Part shown: positions 61,391 through 64,000 of the stretch, piece by piece | Layout of the letters: each line of letters begins with the position of its first letter | Numbering within the stretch: position 1 is the stretch's first letter | Assembly: GCA_905178155.1 (NCBI GenBank) | Contig: CAJINV010000001.1 | Coordinates: forward strand, 14,818,142 to 14,882,141 | Reading direction: 5' to 3' | From: Amoebophrya sp. A120 | Taxonomy: Eukaryota; Protista; Dinoflagellata | Length of the DNA: 64,000 bases | Notes under the pieces: generated by a model | Databases searched by the model: none | What the model saw: the letters and a program-made list of their open reading frames with translations, nothing else | Told to the model about the DNA's origin: nothing | Program-made: the position numbers and the translations under genes

Positions 61391-63821
61391 TTACACCTCC
61401 AAAAAGACCTCCTCTTGGTGAAGAAGCTTCTTTTTGGTTTTCTTCTTGGCTTTCTTGCCATCCTCCCGCTTTTTTGCTGCGCCGGAGGCCACGATGGAGT
61501 CCAGGACCGGAAAAACTCGGCGGCTCAGCGCCAAAAACGACTGCAAATTCGACACGTCCGTGTTCACTTTGGCGCCCATAGATGAAGTACCAGCGGCAAA
61601 ACTGGAAGCAGTGTCCGATTCTTGGTGATGAGTGTAGGGGTTCCTCGGCATGTAAGAAATCTGCGGGGTCGGGGGAAGAGGCGCCGATTGCGTTGCCAGC
61701 GGTGGAGATCCTGCAGTGGCGCCAGTTGCGTTCTTGCCAGCACTGGGCTGAGGTGCCTCGGATTTACCGCTGGGGGGACCGTTCTGCGCGTGGACACCAG
61801 GGGTAGTACCGTTAGCAGTAGCATCATCACCTTTCCCTCCTTCATGACTTCCGCCACTGATTGCGTCGCCCGGCTTTGTTCCGGGTCCGGTAGCATTTGC
61901 CGGGCTGGGAGCCGCGCCGTGACCAGGTCCTCCAGCGTGATGCCCTCCCGATGTTGCCCCATTTTCCCCTTGGTCCACGCTCTTGTGTCCTCCCTCGCCA
62001 GACGACGACGCACCGTCCGCAGCACTGTCCGCATCCGCCACATTCTGCTCTCCTTGTGCTGCCCTAGCGTCGGGTCCGTGGTTGTTGCCCCCGGTCGTGG
62101 AGGTAGTTTGATTGACTAGGTTGACGGCATCGAGAAGTGAGCGTCCAAGCCCAGCCCGCTTGCGGTTCTGGAGAAGTTTCGTTTCGCTGCAGTCCGCTTC
62201 GTTGATCATGATGGCAGCCTCGCAACTGACTCGGACGCACTTCGTAAAAAGACGACAGTTTTTGGAGGCAGTCTTGGGGTAGAACACCGCAAATGGCACG
62301 TAAGGATACGTCACTTTTTGCTGATCCCCGTATACCCCCTCAGCCATGACCTGGGCCAATTCCGTGGTGTTCACGTCAGCCGCCGTTTTTAACCCAGTTT
62401 GAAACACCGCAGCATCCTCGCCATTCAACTGTAGGAAGTTTCAAATCCAGAACTTGTTCACTAAATGGCCGTGACAACAACAGAGAAACAGAAAGAAAAA
62501 AAGACCACGACAAAGAAATAAACGACATTAATTTCTTCCTCTGTAAAGCAACACATCAAGAACGCAAAGCAGAATCAGCAAAACTACATCAACATCTTGA
62601 GCTCAACACAAAGCTATAATGCGGTCGTGTTGTGCTGCTGGACTACACTTTCTCACTTTTTCATATCAGCGCTGTACCACTGCCTACCGCTACCGACTGA
62701 CAAGATAGTAGCTTTGTTTTTCATCACGACTGTACCTGAAATGCGTCCAACTTGGTCTGGCACTCCGCTGAAGTGGACACAGTGAAAACGGCCCGGTAGT
62801 CGTCCACAGCCTCCATATCCTTCCCGTGCGCGAAGTTAACGGGGTCCATTTCGTTGCACACCTCGTCACTGCTTGTTTTAGTGTTACCCCGTGCGTGCCC
62901 ATGCTTGCTGCGGTACTCACTTGGGCTCCGGCTCGACAAGCAGCACGCGTAGAATACAACGCAGACCATGATAACAGTGCCACAGCAGAATAGCATGAGC
63001 GGCAGGCTGCTCTGCGGAGTCGGCTGTCGTGCGGCCCGCGGAGAGACGCGGGCACGTCCGCCGGCCTGATTTCGGGCGGCGGCCTTTCCGCGCGGAGTTT
63101 GCGCGGGGGAGGCGCCCGGCTGCTGTGCGGGGAGGCCGCTACCCGGGAGCGCGAACGCGGTAAACTGCGGTTGAGGCTGTTTTCGGTTTTGTTGGCCTGC
63201 CCGCAATGCCGAGGCTCGCTGCAGCTGGGACGAAGCAGCGGCGTACTCCTGCGCCTGCCGTGCCTTCTCCTGAGCGGTCAGCTGGTCCGCAATGTTCTCG
63301 AAACGTTGGAATTGGTCGACATCTAGATCAACCTCTTGCGCCCCCTCGCCAGGACTCGATGCTGCCTGCTGCCCGTACTGCGACCCGCCCTCCGGCTTCC
63401 GCGCAGACGCGCGGGCCGCGCCGCTTTGCGAGGGGCCACGGGGGGCCACTTGCTCTTGTTGTACTTGTGTAGACGGTGGACGTTGGGACGGTCCACGACT
63501 CGCAGCAGCTTGGGATGGTGCGCGCGCGGCCGCCAGGTCCAGTTGCAGCTGCGAGGGCTTGCGCGATTGGTCGGCGGAACTTGGAATTAAGCTCGCGGCC
63601 TGCGAGGGCGGTCGTTGCACACCGCTTTGCGATGGCCCTCGGGCGGCGCTCTGCGACGGTCCGCGAGCAGCGCTTTGCGAAGGTCCCCGCGGGGCGACTG
63701 CATCCTGCTGACTCTGACTCGGCCCTCGAGGCGGGCTCGGAATCACAGCCGGCGCTTGCTGAGGCTCGTCGCTCAGGGGCTCCTCGGACGAGGTCAGAAT
63801 TTCTTGAGAAGACTCCGCCAT
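61391..63821 (-). CDS. Hypothetical single-pass membrane protein with RGPSQ repeats, 2 exons
   Basis: 365-aa and 345-aa ORFs separated by an AT-rich intron-like gap with probable GT/AG ends. Six RGPSQ repeats and a Cys-rich TM segment. Confidence 0.6.
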
Positions 63822-64000
63822 AATTGAATTTGGTTTGTCTGCTTACTTTCTTTGTGCTGCTGAGAAGCGAAGATTCAATTTCAGAGATATGAGGACGAAC
63901 GAAAAGTAACTTAAACTTGATTTAATTGCTGAACGTTGTGGGGATAGATGATTGTACTTAAAAGGAAATTTTCAAATGGTGTAGAAATGCTTCGACTTGT

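Noticed and set aside
1499-63827. Numerous plus-strand ORFs in the six-frame track
   Set aside because: They are antisense shadows of GC-rich minus-strand CDS or short spacer ORFs with no recognisable motifs.
1-64000. Autonomous transposase, tRNA, rRNA or snRNA genes
   Set aside because: I recognised no DDE/RT motifs or structured-RNA signatures by eye. A covariance-model or HMM search would be needed to exclude them.

Overview
Eukaryotic, intron-containing genomic window. All convincing genes (about 17) lie on the minus strand in a head-to-tail array. Gene style and intron types suggest a parasitic dinoflagellate-lineage alveolate such as Amoebophrya (Syndiniales), which is an inference. 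Recognisable genes: an EEP-family phosphoesterase, a RINGv + DUF179-like protein, a zeta-toxin-like P-loop kinase, proteasome lid subunit RPN6, COPII Sec24, an ankyrin-repeat protein and an SF2 helicase resembling giant-virus D6/D11 helicases, plus several low-complexity, coiled-coil or membrane proteins. The main signal is a set of 8 short non-coding terminal-inverted-repeat (TIR) elements from at least 4 families. All begin TAT, end ATA and are flanked by perfect 5-bp target-site duplications (TSDs). Seven interrupt coding sequence, including RPN6 (twice) and Sec24, and removing them restores the reading frame although none has GT-AG ends under exact excision, so they appear to be transposon-derived non-canonical introns (introners). 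The eighth is nested in an ordinary GT-AG intron. A ninth, different TIR element (CA...TG, 6-bp TSD) is intergenic. Exon boundaries were worked out by eye and need RNA-seq confirmation.
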